A stretch of DNA of 64,000 nt from Candidatus Dojkabacteria bacterium. Lineage in GTDB: Bacteria > Patescibacteriota > Dojkabacteria > GCA-002793355. The translations under genes were made by a program, and so were the position numbers. Of the stretch, positions 37,391-46,623 are shown piece after piece. Positions within the stretch are counted from its first letter, which is position 1. Each line of letters opens with the position of its first letter. The DNA is taken from assembly GCA_030583825.1 (NCBI GenBank), contig CP129477.1, positions 960,221 to 1,024,220 of the forward strand, given 5' to 3'. The notes below the pieces were generated by a model that did no database searches, was not told where the DNA came from, and worked only from the letters and a program-made list of their open reading frames with translations.

Positions 37391-38494
37391 GTGATACAAT
37401 TTCTCATGTTTATTCCGACATATCATTATAATTTATTCGCCTATCTAGGGACAAAAAGAACTCCTTTGCCAAAGAATATTGCACGAGAATTTTACCTTTC
37501 CTGGGAAGATGCCCTCTGGGATTTACTAAAAGCAAAACGTATCCCCAAGGGAAGTAAAGTGCTTGTTCCGAGTTTTCACTGTTTAGACGTAATGAATAAT
37601 ATTGCTGCACATGGGTATCCATGCGAAACATATGAGGTTGATAGAAATTTCGCTACTACTCCACAGCTGGTACTTGAAGCACAGCAAAAACATAATGCGA
37701 AGGTTATTGTCGTTTTTCATACTTTAGGAATAAAAAATTCATTATTCCAAGACACTTCCTGGATAAATCAACTACCAAAAGACGTAATTATTATTGAAGA
37801 TGCTGTTCATAGGGTTATAGAGCCGTCCAGGCTTACAATTTTGGGCCAAAACCACTTTATTTTAGATAGCTTGAGAAAAGTGACACCACTGCAAGGAAGC
37901 TTTATTTACGGCCTTCCAGAGGCTTTGGACTATAAAAAAACACCGACTCAAAAAGCCTTTTGGTACCAGTTAAAAGGCGTATATTACTTTGTAAAGTTTC
38001 AATGTATGCTTTCCATTGCTGCAATATTGCAGTCACCAAAAATAGTCAAAAAGGCAGAAAAAGTACTTACAGTTCATGACGACCATATTGGAGATAATGA
38101 AATATCGGGCAGAAACTTTGGGATATTCAGCTTTTTTCAGCGATTTTTAGACTTTAAAAAGATTCGCAAGATAAAACATTATCAAGCAACACATTACGAA
38201 AACAGGCTTTTCCCAATGCTTGAGCAGAGTAAGTCGTTTTTTAGAATTACTGTTTCGGAAGAAGATAAATCTGAACTACGCGGATATCCCATTGGACTTG
38301 AAGGAGAGTTTGCAGATGAAGTATTAGCTTTTTTGAGAGAGAATGATGTTCTTTTAACCTTTCATTTGAAGGATTGCGAGTGGTGTCAAAACAAAAAAGT
38401 GATATTTCTTCCGATGGGGCCACATATAAACATGCAGCAAGTTGAATATGTCTGTAGTGTGATTGAGAAATACTGTGTTACACAAAGTTCCTAA
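37391..38494 (+). CDS. DegT/DnrJ/EryC1-like PLP-dependent sugar aminotransferase, diverged
   Basis: DegT-like spacing of VLVPSFHC, IIEDAVHRV and SLRK (candidate PLP Lys). Similarity is weak. Confidence 0.4.
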   Translation: MIQFLMFIPTYHYNLFAYLGTKRTPLPKNIAREFYLSWEDALWDLLKAKRIPKGSKVLVPSFHCLDVMNNIAAHGYPCETYEVDRNFATTPQLVLEAQQKHNAKVIVVFHTLGIKNSLFQDTSWINQLPKDVIIIEDAVHRVIEPSRLTILGQNHFILDSLRKVTPLQGSFIYGLPEALDYKKTPTQKAFWYQLKGVYYFVKFQCMLSIAAILQSPKIVKKAEKVLTVHDDHIGDNEISGRNFGIFSFFQRFLDFKKIRKIKHYQATHYENRLFPMLEQSKSFFRITVSEEDKSELRGYPIGLEGEFADEVLAFLRENDVLLTFHLKDCEWCQNKKVIFLPMGPHINMQQVEYVCSVIEKYCVTQSS

Positions 38495-38828
38495 AATACA
38501 CTTTCCAAACGTAGCCCTTATCTTCTGTTGGCGTTTGTAAGTAAAGTGTTTCCCCAACATCCAATGTTTGCTGACGGAAACCTCCTTGTGTATCAATTGT
38601 CCCTGGATAATCAACTTCACTAATCTGTACGCCAGTATTGTTAAATACTGTAATTTCATTGTTTCCAAATTCGACCCGCAACTCTCGATCAATCGAAGCA
38701 TCTCCTTCCATTTGAATCACCTGCCCATCGTCGGTGTAATGTTCTTTAATTGAAAGTACCTGCTGTGCGATGCCAGCACTGGATTTTTGCCAAAGATAGG
38801 TTTCTATTACAATAAATGCTTTTGCCAT
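38478..38828 (-). CDS. Small hypothetical protein, paralogue of 38828..39184
   Basis: Start codon overlaps the upstream stop (TAATG). Shares G/T-rich beta-like segments with its neighbour. The track ORF extends to 38858. Confidence 0.45.
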   Translation of the reverse strand: MAKAFIVIETYLWQKSSAGIAQQVLSIKEHYTDDGQVIQMEGDASIDRELRVEFGNNEITVFNNTGVQISEVDYPGTIDTQGGFRQQTLDVGETLYLQTPTEDKGYVWKVYFRNFV

Positions 38829-39184
38829 TATGACAATGAGAGTAATGTTACTTCCCAACTCGCTCCCCGCCCTTCTTCATTATACACGAACAATAATGAA
38901 TCTCTTTCTGCAATTGTGATATTTGTAAAATCCCCTTCGCCTGGACTAATTGCTTGTCCTGGAGTATCCAAGAGGTGCGGTTTCTTACTATCTGATTCAA
39001 TATGTACGGATAAAAGCCTATTCATTATTGAAATTGAAAATCGGAATTGCTCGTCGTGGAATTCAAGTATGAATCCTCCTCCATCTATGGCAAGAATTTT
39101 GTAAGGAAGTTCTGCCTTAGTAATACGGGAATTTTTATAGCTTTTTGTCCAGAGGGTTCGTGTTACTTGTAATAATGCTGACAT
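38828..39184 (-). CDS. Small hypothetical protein
   Basis: 118 aa. The start lies about 34 nt downstream, in minus sense, of the tRNA-Leu-linked element. Confidence 0.45.
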   Translation of the reverse strand: MSALLQVTRTLWTKSYKNSRITKAELPYKILAIDGGGFILEFHDEQFRFSISIMNRLLSVHIESDSKKPHLLDTPGQAISPGEGDFTNITIAERDSLLFVYNEEGRGASWEVTLLSLS

Positions 39185-39214
39185 GGATTATTGTAACATA
39201 AGAAAAAGATAATT

Positions 39215-39373
39215 AGAGGACTCGGTCACCTCGCATTATACCGAAGATTAAGGAATGCTCCTCGACCCCATCCACTCGCTTCAAACAGTAATTGTACTGT
39301 TTTTGCTCGGGCTTCTCGTCCATCATTAAACAATTAAGGGAATCCGGATAAAAATTACCCTGATTCCCTTAAT
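39215..39373 (-). repeat. tRNA-3'-flanking conserved element, copy 2, bounded distally by a 10-nt direct repeat of the tRNA-Leu 3' end
   Basis: agaggactcg occurs at both 39215-39224 and 39382-39391. The interior shares the ordered blocks of copy 1 (see 1482..1687). Confidence 0.6.
39318..39367 (-). terminator. Strong hairpin and T-run immediately 3' of tRNA-Leu
   Basis: In minus sense: TTAAGGGAATC-(17-nt loop)-GATTCCCTTAA followed by TTGTTTAATGA. Confidence 0.5.
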
Positions 39374-39457
39374 GCCGAGAAGAGGACTCGAACCTCCACA
39401 CCCTCAACGGGCACAACGACCTCAACGTTGCGTGTCTGCCATTCCACCACCTCGGCG
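39374..39457 (-). tRNA. tRNA-Leu (anticodon GAG), class II with long variable arm
   Basis: The reverse complement is GCCGAGGTGGTGGAATGGCAGACACGCAACGTTGAGGTCGTTGTGCCCGTTGAGGGTGTGGAGGTTCGAGTCCTCTTCTCGGCA. Anticodon loop TTGAGGT. Confidence 0.85.
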
Positions 39458-39531
39458 AGTACAAAGTATTATACACAAGACGCAATTGAAAATCTACAAA
39501 CATTACTAAGAAATCTTGAAAAGATTTTGCC

Positions 39532-41427
39532 CTACGGTCGCATAAATTGCCTATCTATCATCTCCGTGCTCAGCATCCAGACAACTCTTCTGCCATGAGG
39601 ACATGCATAGGGAACTTCGCATGCAAGCAAGTCTTTTACTAATGAGGTCGCTTCTTCTTTAGCAAGACGTTCGTTCATACGGATCGAGTTATGACAAGCA
39701 ACAGTTGCTATAACCAAGCTGATATCTCTTGTGCTCGAAAAGTCTGCAACATCAGGCATCAATCCAATGTTTTCAATAGTTGCAAGCTCTGCAACTGCTT
39801 CACGAAGGACTCTTTCATTATCTGCTCGTTGCAAAAATAATGGAATTGCTGTTACGTTTAAAGATTCTTCGCTTAATGATACTGTAAATCCGAGTTTTTC
39901 AAATACCTCTAAATGCTCCTGTAATACACTATGCTCGGTGGGAGAAATTGGAAATACCGTTGGAACAAGCAATTGTTGTTGCGGTAAAGATTTTCCGTAT
40001 AAATAGGCTTTCTTCAATGCTTCAAATCGGATCCTCTCTGCCGCAGCGTGCTGGTCAATGAGCCAAAGTTCTTGCTCCCATTCAACAACAATATATCTCC
40101 CCAAAAGTGCAGTAACAGAAACCATCTCCTGCTGTGATGCTGTTCTTGCAAGCACAAGCTTCTGAGGGTCAATAGATGGGGCAAATTCCTGATCGGGCAA
40201 TTGTGTAGCAGATTCATGAGCATCTTCATTGTTTTGTGATTGGTGAGATGCAGTAGTTTCTTCAAATCCGTATTTTTCTTGTGGAGATTGGAACATCATT
40301 GGAGAAGCAGAATATTCATTATTATTACGTAGCCGCGAAAATGCTTTTTGTTCATTTGAATCCCATTTCGAGCTCGCATTTCCCGATAAGTAGGAACTAT
40401 TCGATACCCTGGGGGGTATGCCCATTTCTTCACCAACCATCTGCTGCAAAGACAATTCCACTGCCTGTGTTACGGTGCTGTACACACGGAATGGGTTTAA
40501 AAACTTTACTTCAGTTTTGCGTGGATGAACATTCACATCAAGCTGCGAGCTATCAATTGTAATAGCGATTACACCTGCAGCTCTAAATGTATGCGGAACA
40601 TACTTCTCAATTCCTTTTTGAAGAGAGCGAATGATTCCCTTGTCTTCGATGGATCGTCCATTAACAAAGATTCTTATAAAACGGCTAGTTTCGCCCAAAT
40701 ATTTAGGATGAACAATAAAGCCTGAAACTTCTGTTCCATACGCTGAAAACTGTACAGGAACAAAATTATCCTGTGGGACTTTTAATACTGCTGTGGTGCG
40801 TGTCAAAGTCATTCCTTGCCCTGTGGGAGGAAGGTCATAAATCTGTTTTCCGTTATGAGTAAGCGTGAAATATACATCTGAGCGAACAAGTGCCATATTT
40901 TGTACCATTTCCGTAATATATTTTGCTTCCGTTTCCTTCGACTTTAAGAACTTTTGGCGAGCCGGTAACGTCATAAATAAATCAGAAATTTCGATTGTCG
41001 TGCCTATTCCGCGAGATGCCGGTGTTAGTGGATCAATATTCCCTTGCGTGACTGTAATCTTGTATGCAGCATCTGAGTCTTTCGTTTTGGAGGTGATGGT
41101 CAGCTTGCTGACTGCCGAAATAGAGGCGAGCGCTTCACCACGAAATCCATACGTCATAATTGTCGTAAGGTCTTCGATATTGGAAAGTTTGCTTGTTGCA
41201 AAACGCTCAATTGCCTGAGGTAAATCTTCTTTATCTATTCCATAACCATTATCTCGAATCTCTATTTTCGTAATGCCACCGTCTTCAATAGAAATATCAA
41301 CTCGAGTAGCGCCTGCATCTAAAGAATTCTCTACAAGCTCTTTTACAATGGATGATGGACGTTCAACGACTTCTCCTGCTGCGATTTGGTTAATTGTTTG
41401 CTCCGGTAATTTTTGAATTTTTGCCAT
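39532..41427 (-). CDS. mutL: DNA mismatch repair protein MutL
   Basis: GHKL ATPase motifs (ELVENSLDAGAT, DNGYGI) at the N-terminus, and the C-terminal dimerisation/endonuclease region. Confidence 0.9.
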   Translation of the reverse strand: MAKIQKLPEQTINQIAAGEVVERPSSIVKELVENSLDAGATRVDISIEDGGITKIEIRDNGYGIDKEDLPQAIERFATSKLSNIEDLTTIMTYGFRGEALASISAVSKLTITSKTKDSDAAYKITVTQGNIDPLTPASRGIGTTIEISDLFMTLPARQKFLKSKETEAKYITEMVQNMALVRSDVYFTLTHNGKQIYDLPPTGQGMTLTRTTAVLKVPQDNFVPVQFSAYGTEVSGFIVHPKYLGETSRFIRIFVNGRSIEDKGIIRSLQKGIEKYVPHTFRAAGVIAITIDSSQLDVNVHPRKTEVKFLNPFRVYSTVTQAVELSLQQMVGEEMGIPPRVSNSSYLSGNASSKWDSNEQKAFSRLRNNNEYSASPMMFQSPQEKYGFEETTASHQSQNNEDAHESATQLPDQEFAPSIDPQKLVLARTASQQEMVSVTALLGRYIVVEWEQELWLIDQHAAAERIRFEALKKAYLYGKSLPQQQLLVPTVFPISPTEHSVLQEHLEVFEKLGFTVSLSEESLNVTAIPLFLQRADNERVLREAVAELATIENIGLMPDVADFSSTRDISLVIATVACHNSIRMNERLAKEEATSLVKDLLACEVPYACPHGRRVVWMLSTEMIDRQFMRP

Positions 41428-41435
41428 GCACTATT

Positions 41436-42665
41436 TTAGCACAGCTCGGTTTCCCATACCTTTGTTTTGTTACGTAGTGCTAATGCAAGAATCATCGAAT
41501 TTCTGGAAGTCCATGAGTGATTATGTCTATCTATACCGCTCAGTGTTTTTGTCGTAATGACTTCAATTGCGGGCATATCATTTTCTGCGCGTTGCTGGGC
41601 AAAGGCATTTGCTGTCTCTGTAACTTTGGCAACAGGGAATACTCCATCTTTTTGTGAAAGGATAATTGTGATCGGCGCATCTATTCGATCATTTTCCTGC
41701 TCCAGGATATTTTCAGCGCATCGGTGAGCAAGCCAAGGCATAGTTTTGTGAGGTTTAATAATCGCATCGTCGCCTACAGCGTTAACAATAATTGTTCGGT
41801 TTTCATAATCTCGAAGCACTCTTATTGTGTCCATTCCGAAGCCTGCTGCAATACCAAGAACTCGTAACCTGCGAATCCCTTGCCTTTTAGCTAGGTAATG
41901 ACGTTTATCTATCCATTCGGGGACATTTCTTTCTTCTTCGGGAATGTAGTCAAAACCTGGATAAACTCCAGCGGGACTAACAAGGTGTAATCCATTTAGA
42001 TTCATCTTTCCATTGAGCTGACCTGCTGCTCGCATAGCGATTGCTGCGCCGGCAGAAAACCCAAGCATATGAACCTCACCTGTATATTGCTCATTTTGTG
42101 CGGCCCAGCGCTCGTGAAGCATTCTTTGGTCTTGCTGCAACAGCTTTGAAACAATTTCTCCATCTGCCGAAAAAGAACCATAAAGCTGCTCATAGCGTTG
42201 CAACTGTGTTAAGTATAATGGATGCAAATGCTCGGAGTATGGATCTCTTGCAGTCATGCCGGTACTTAGCATTGACGGAATTGCCACAACTCGATAGCCA
42301 ACAGCTGCGAGAGCACAGATTTCTGCGCTTGCATTGTCTGCGCCAGCAATACCACCACCAAAAAAGTAGAGTGTTTGCTGGTTTGGATGAGGGTTAATAT
42401 TCACCTCGATTGCATCGGCATGTACCTCTCCAAATCTTGTTTTTGCAACTAGTTCATGACGCGTATGTTGGCTTTGAGGGTGTTTTTCTGGGCAAGGCTT
42501 CGCCTTTCTTGCTTCTGTAAAGGCATCATACGCCTGTTCTAAACGTTCTTCGAGTTCGACAGAAGTGAGAGTTGTATGCAGTTCAGTGGGCAATGGAGCA
42601 ATTCGGTCTGTAAGGATCTGTTCTTCAATGTCATAGTATTTTTGGTTAACTACCCGATTTTTCAT
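41436..42665 (-). CDS. Hypothetical alpha/beta-hydrolase-like protein
   Basis: GxSxG elbow (GFSAGAA) and an oxyanion-like FFGGGIAG. GC content is visibly higher than neighbouring genes. Confidence 0.35.
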   Translation of the reverse strand: MKNRVVNQKYYDIEEQILTDRIAPLPTELHTTLTSVELEERLEQAYDAFTEARKAKPCPEKHPQSQHTRHELVAKTRFGEVHADAIEVNINPHPNQQTLYFFGGGIAGADNASAEICALAAVGYRVVAIPSMLSTGMTARDPYSEHLHPLYLTQLQRYEQLYGSFSADGEIVSKLLQQDQRMLHERWAAQNEQYTGEVHMLGFSAGAAIAMRAAGQLNGKMNLNGLHLVSPAGVYPGFDYIPEEERNVPEWIDKRHYLAKRQGIRRLRVLGIAAGFGMDTIRVLRDYENRTIIVNAVGDDAIIKPHKTMPWLAHRCAENILEQENDRIDAPITIILSQKDGVFPVAKVTETANAFAQQRAENDMPAIEVITTKTLSGIDRHNHSWTSRNSMILALALRNKTKVWETELC

Positions 42666-42791
42666 TGCGAATTATACCATTTTTCGGTGTCATTTTCTAT
42701 TTGGAGTAAATAAAATAGTTAAAAGTTACTCAAAAAATGAGTTCCGTTGCGATATTGACCATAACTCGAGGTTATGATATTATCACCACAT

Positions 42792-43238
42792 ATGAACGCA
42801 TCACTTATCGCAAAAGTTCAAGAGTCATTCGCAACAGAAATTTCTGACAAAAAATTGCGTGATTCACTTCGAGTTGGAGACACTATTGTCGCTAATACTC
42901 GTATTTACATCGCAAAAAAGATGCAGAAAGCATTAACAACTGCTGAAAAGCAGGCCGCTCAAAAAGCAGCTCAGTCTGGATCAGATGAACTCAAAGTCCA
43001 GCCATTTAAAGGTGTTATTGTCGCATTTAACGGAACAGGTTCAGGCAAAAAAGTAGTTGTCCGAAAAATTGGTGCAGATGGTATTGGTGTTGAAAAAATT
43101 ATTCCTTTGTACGGAAATATTCTTGAATCAGTCGAGTTAGTCTCACGCGGTAAGCCACGACGATCAAAGTTGTATTACCTTCGCAACCGCATTGGTAAAA
43201 AGGCATTGAGAGTTAAGGAAAAGGCTGTTGCAGCATAA
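42792..43238 (+). CDS. rplS: 50S ribosomal protein L19 with an internal 30-aa insertion
   Basis: LRVGDTI...VQPFKGVIVAFNGTGSGKKVVVRKIG...RRSKLYYLRNRIGKKALRVKEK aligns with the L19 core. The track ORF starts at 42774. Confidence 0.8.
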   Translation: MNASLIAKVQESFATEISDKKLRDSLRVGDTIVANTRIYIAKKMQKALTTAEKQAAQKAAQSGSDELKVQPFKGVIVAFNGTGSGKKVVVRKIGADGIGVEKIIPLYGNILESVELVSRGKPRRSKLYYLRNRIGKKALRVKEKAVAA

Positions 43239-43844
43239 ATGAAGTATCCCTCATTCTTTTTAGAGTATCATGCGTTGCAGATTCATTCCGCTATTGCCGG
43301 AGTAGATGAAGTTGGCCGTGGTTGCTTATTCGGGCCAGTAGTTGCAGGCATTGTTGTTTTAACCAACGAAAAACAATATATTCCACAAGTTCGAGATTCA
43401 AAGACCCTTAGTGAGTTACAAAGAACTATTCTATCATCACAAATAAAAGAGACTGTACCAGCATTTGGACTTGGGGAAGCTTCTGCAACTGAAATAGATA
43501 CTTTCGGTATTCGTAAAGCTACCCAACTTGCAATGATGAGAGCGTATTGGCAACTTTCCTTACAGCCAGAAGTTCTTCTTATGGATGGTGAAAAAGCAAC
43601 AATTCCTTTTCTTGGAAAAACTTTTCAGTTCACAAAGGGAGACTTAAATCATTATTCGATTGCTGCTGCATCAGTCATTGCAAAAGTATATAGAGACAAT
43701 CTTATTTCTTCGATGAGCGAAGAGTTCCCAGAATACAGTCTTTCTTCAAACAAAGGCTATGGCACTGCAGCGCATATGAAAGCGCTCAGAGAGCATGGTG
43801 CAACACCATTACATCGAAAATCTTTCCTCTCTTTTTTGTCATAA
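43239..43844 (+). CDS. rnhB: Ribonuclease HII
   Basis: GVDEVGRGCLFGPVV with catalytic DE, and DSKTLS. Conserved rplS-rnhB synteny. Confidence 0.9.
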   Translation: MKYPSFFLEYHALQIHSAIAGVDEVGRGCLFGPVVAGIVVLTNEKQYIPQVRDSKTLSELQRTILSSQIKETVPAFGLGEASATEIDTFGIRKATQLAMMRAYWQLSLQPEVLLMDGEKATIPFLGKTFQFTKGDLNHYSIAAASVIAKVYRDNLISSMSEEFPEYSLSSNKGYGTAAHMKALREHGATPLHRKSFLSFLS

Positions 43845-44222
43845 TTGAGGCTTTATACTCTTGGTATGAAGCTACAAGTATTTGGAGAGTCATTAATCTC
43901 TCATTATTTACAGCTACAGGGAGTGCGCATTATCGGTAGAAATATTTACTGCAAGCCATATGGAGAAATAGATATTCTTTGCGTATGGAAGCAGTATCTC
44001 CTCTGTATTGAGGTAAAAACACGGCTACTCCATTCAATTGAGCATGAGCCGAGATCTCCGCCAATTACTCAATACAAAACAGCAAAACTACAGCGTGCGC
44101 TGAATCAATACATTATGTCTCACAGACGATACTCATATTTACAGAAGCTCTGTGTTGGGTACATTGTGTATATACACAAGGGCAGTCATAACTGCAGTAT
44201 CCAAAGAGTGCTACTCTGTTAG
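43845..44222 (+). CDS. yraN: YraN-family (UPF0102) predicted endonuclease
   Basis: GEIDIL...IEVKTR motif. Conserved position downstream of rnhB. Confidence 0.7.
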   Translation: MRLYTLGMKLQVFGESLISHYLQLQGVRIIGRNIYCKPYGEIDILCVWKQYLLCIEVKTRLLHSIEHEPRSPPITQYKTAKLQRALNQYIMSHRRYSYLQKLCVGYIVYIHKGSHNCSIQRVLLC

Positions 44223-46534
44223 TCCGTTACAGAAGGCGTTGGAGTCGGTGTCACACTTGGTGTTGCAGATGGAGACGGTGCAGGCGCTGCTGAAGGTTGC
44301 TGGGTAGTTGCCTGCTCTTTAATCTTTTTGACCTGCTCAATTTGCTCGTTAGTGAATCGAAGAAGCTCTTCTTTTTCTACTGCACCCAGTGTAGAGCTTT
44401 CAACCGAAGCCTTAATGTCTTCGTATGCTTTAATTGCTTGGTCAAATTGCCTCAGCTTGATTGCATAGCCTGCTTCTATAAATCTAACGCGGAGAGGGCT
44501 ACCAATTGTGCTTTTAAGAATTTCAAGGTTTTGACCAATAAGCTGGATTGATTGAGGATCATCTCCAAGTCTAACAAGGAAGTCAATAAAGTCATATCGA
44601 GCTGTAACATTGTATGGATTCTGATTTAACGCAGCGGTAAAGCTTAGCAATGCTTCATCTGCATATGGGCCAGATTTCTGTGTTTCTGACATTGCACTAA
44701 ATACTCCCGCAGCTGAAAGCCAGTAGTCACCTCGCAGTGGGTTTTCATCAACAAGTGCGTATGCATGGTTGATTAATCGGTTTGCGAGAAATCGCTTATC
44801 AATCGTTGATGCTCCAACTTTGTCAGGATAGCTATTGTTCAATAAATACAATGAGTATAACGAGTTTAATCGAAGATTGAAGAAAGGCGCACATTTGTTA
44901 CATACAGTTGTGCCTTTCACCGACTCGGAATAAGCACTTACCAAAGTATTTGAGGCTTTTTCATAATCACCAAGACGAATATATTCCTGCGCAATAGAAA
45001 CCCTTTTGCTGGCGCGCAATAAATAATAATGAGTCATTGCCCCTTGGCCAAGAATCCAGGTGCCAACAATTGCAAAAATGATTGATGCTCCTAATACAAC
45101 ATGAACAATAATATTTTCGACATTACTTTTGTAATCCGTAATATGAAGACTTACGGCACGGATTTCTTTCAAGTTATCCTGCTGCATTTCAACTTTGTCG
45201 AAGTATAAGGCGAGTACAACAATCCAGAGCAAAATCATGAATGGAGAAAAGAACGTAACGAAAGAAAAAAGTAACAACACAGTAAATAAAGAAAATTCGA
45301 CATATAACTCAGATGATTTTTTCGATTTGAAGAACATATACACTGCATTTGCAATTAAGCCTCCCCATACTAAAATGCCCAGTAAGCCGTATTCAACGAG
45401 AATATCAAACCAGAAGTTTGATGTGCGGTAAAAGAGAACATCGCTGCCAAGTGCTTTTACAATTTCTAACGGACGATACAATGGGAATAAATACGAGACA
45501 GCAGAGCCGCCCCATCCAACCAAAAGCCTCCAAATTGGAGTTGCGCGATTCATAAAGCTCGCCTGAATAATTTCAATTGATGTTCCAATTGGCATAGAAA
45601 GGTAAAGGTTTGTTGTTGCGATAGACAATTGGAAGAATACAAATCGCGCAACAACCATTACAACAAATGATGCAAGCATTGCAGCAAGGAATATTTGTGT
45701 TTTTTGGTCTTTGTCTCGGATTGCAATAAATGACCAAAACAAGAGGAACAATACGACGATACCTACCAAGTACATAATCATATTTCCAGAAGTTGGAAGA
45801 CTTAACGATCCAAAAATAGATAGTGTTACCAGCAGTATCCACTGTGATACCGTACCAACTTGCTTATCTTTATCTGATCTCTTTGTCATGTATAACGAAA
45901 CCATCCATGCAAGAACGATAATGGCAAGAACGTGAAATGCCAAAGAATTAAGCGGATTTCCATGCAACACATATGGCGAGGTTTTTAGAAATGTAAGGTA
46001 TTCTGCATAGTTTCCAAACATAGACTCAAAAAGGCTGTGAGGGATTGCATACAATATTGCCGATACGACATCGCTTAATAGTAACCAAATCGGCATCTGT
46101 TGAAGAAATCGAACAATACTCTTATCTGCTGAAACACTGATTATCTTAATAACAAAGAAAGCAACTGCTCCAACCATTAAAATAACTGAGCTTGACGACA
46201 TATTAAAGTCATTTCCCCATAATGCATCTGCTGGGAATAATGCGAGTGCTGTACTCACAATAAGTGTGGCAAGAATTCCAAGCATAAAAAGATTATTCTT
46301 TAAACCAGAAAAGAAAATGCTTTTCTTTGATTTGTAAAGCAAAAAGCCCAGATATAGAAACAGCACAATTGCCCAAAGAATAATGCCTCCGCTTTTAAGA
46401 ACGGTTGCAGTACCATTGTTTGGCAACGGAAAAGTCAAAAAGAAAAGTGCGAACCATAAAAGTCCGACAACAATATCGAAAGCAGTTATGGAGAAGCGTT
46501 TTTTCTCCGCTTTTGGTTGAATTTGTGCGTCCAT
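44219..46534 (-). CDS. O-antigen-ligase-like polytopic membrane protein with C-terminal TPR repeats and a Pro/Ser/Thr-rich tail
   Basis: At least 12 TM helices with a Wzy_C-like region. The C-terminal 250 aa are TPR-like, ending APAPSPSATPSVTPTPTPSVTD. Confidence 0.6.
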   Translation of the reverse strand: MDAQIQPKAEKKRFSITAFDIVVGLLWFALFFLTFPLPNNGTATVLKSGGIILWAIVLFLYLGFLLYKSKKSIFFSGLKNNLFMLGILATLIVSTALALFPADALWGNDFNMSSSSVILMVGAVAFFVIKIISVSADKSIVRFLQQMPIWLLLSDVVSAILYAIPHSLFESMFGNYAEYLTFLKTSPYVLHGNPLNSLAFHVLAIIVLAWMVSLYMTKRSDKDKQVGTVSQWILLVTLSIFGSLSLPTSGNMIMYLVGIVVLFLLFWSFIAIRDKDQKTQIFLAAMLASFVVMVVARFVFFQLSIATTNLYLSMPIGTSIEIIQASFMNRATPIWRLLVGWGGSAVSYLFPLYRPLEIVKALGSDVLFYRTSNFWFDILVEYGLLGILVWGGLIANAVYMFFKSKKSSELYVEFSLFTVLLLFSFVTFFSPFMILLWIVVLALYFDKVEMQQDNLKEIRAVSLHITDYKSNVENIIVHVVLGASIIFAIVGTWILGQGAMTHYYLLRASKRVSIAQEYIRLGDYEKASNTLVSAYSESVKGTTVCNKCAPFFNLRLNSLYSLYLLNNSYPDKVGASTIDKRFLANRLINHAYALVDENPLRGDYWLSAAGVFSAMSETQKSGPYADEALLSFTAALNQNPYNVTARYDFIDFLVRLGDDPQSIQLIGQNLEILKSTIGSPLRVRFIEAGYAIKLRQFDQAIKAYEDIKASVESSTLGAVEKEELLRFTNEQIEQVKKIKEQATTQQPSAAPAPSPSATPSVTPTPTPSVTD

Positions 46535-46623
46535 GAAATAAGGGCAGCAAAATTATTATCTATGTGACACTATATCATAAAATTATGATAAGTTGCAGAA
46601 GCAGTTTTACGAAAAATGAAAGT

